From Bacillota bacterium (GTDB taxonomy: Bacteria > Bacillota > DTU025), in contig JBMNJT010000002.1 of the NCBI GenBank assembly GCA_050951805.1, positions 1-64,000 of the forward strand: DNA of 64,000 bases. The letters are read 5' to 3'. Within the stretch, counting starts at the first letter, position 1. Each line of letters starts with the position of its first letter. The translations under genes were made by a program, and so were the position numbers. Shown here one piece after another: positions 63,820 to 64,000 of the stretch. The notes under the pieces were generated by a model. It did no database searches. It was given only the letters and a program-made list of their open reading frames with translations, and had not been told where the DNA came from.

Positions 63820-64000
63820 GGCGTCCTCCAACGGTTACACGACAACGCAGATAAGGCCCTCCAGCGTCCACCTTGGCAGCTTGGAATTTGCCGCAGTGTC
63901 CTGCGCCCATCGCCATCTCAAAATCGGAGGATACTGCATCGACGCTCTCAAGAACATCAAATGCCTGGCCGGAGATGGTGATGCCCTTGACCATCTCTCC
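63812..64000 (-). CDS. tldD: TldD family metalloprotease, C-terminal part (runs off the window edge)
   Basis: ITISGQAFDVL...GHCGKFQAAKVDAGGPYLR...VGG C-terminal TldD signature. Confidence 0.88.
   Translation of the reverse strand, partial: GEMVKGITISGQAFDVLESVDAVSSDFEMAMGAGHCGKFQAAKVDAGGPYLRCRVTVGGRHE

Overview
This 64 kb window looks like bacterial chromosome, probably a Bacillota/Firmicutes anaerobe and possibly a diderm lineage (inference). It has four blocks. (1) 1-10.2 kb: the leader-proximal end of a CRISPR array with type I-G-style repeats, divergent from a type III-B operon (cmr1-cas10-cmr3-cmr4-cmr5-cmr6), then a Csx1-like CARF/HEPN effector, Csx15 and a stand-alone Csb2-type (I-G) Cas6 domain. 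(2) 10.3-20.6 kb: housekeeping and accessory genes (TrmH methylase, cyclophilin, broken VWA gene, flippase-like protein, secreted AlkP-family protein, DUF401 permease, esterase). (3) 21.3-42.7 kb: a visibly AT-richer, tightly packed 8-gene defence operon. It holds SspB/SspC/SspD-like phosphorothioation genes, a NERD-pseudokinase-kinase-ATPase fusion, a ~544 aa protein, a 1763 aa PD-(D/E)XK + HerA/FtsK protein (an FGH / MAD6-7-8-like effector trio), and a second divergent SspB/SspC-like pair. This is the best candidate for an undescribed system. (4) 43-50.8 kb: an IS cluster (IS256 and two IS21 elements with visible target-site duplications, plus nested remnants), followed by housekeeping genes (rsgA, DUF362, nitroreductase, lipoprotein, sbcDC, pmbA/tldD). 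Several genes carry frameshifts that may be sequencing errors. All family assignments come from motif recognition by eye, not from database searches.
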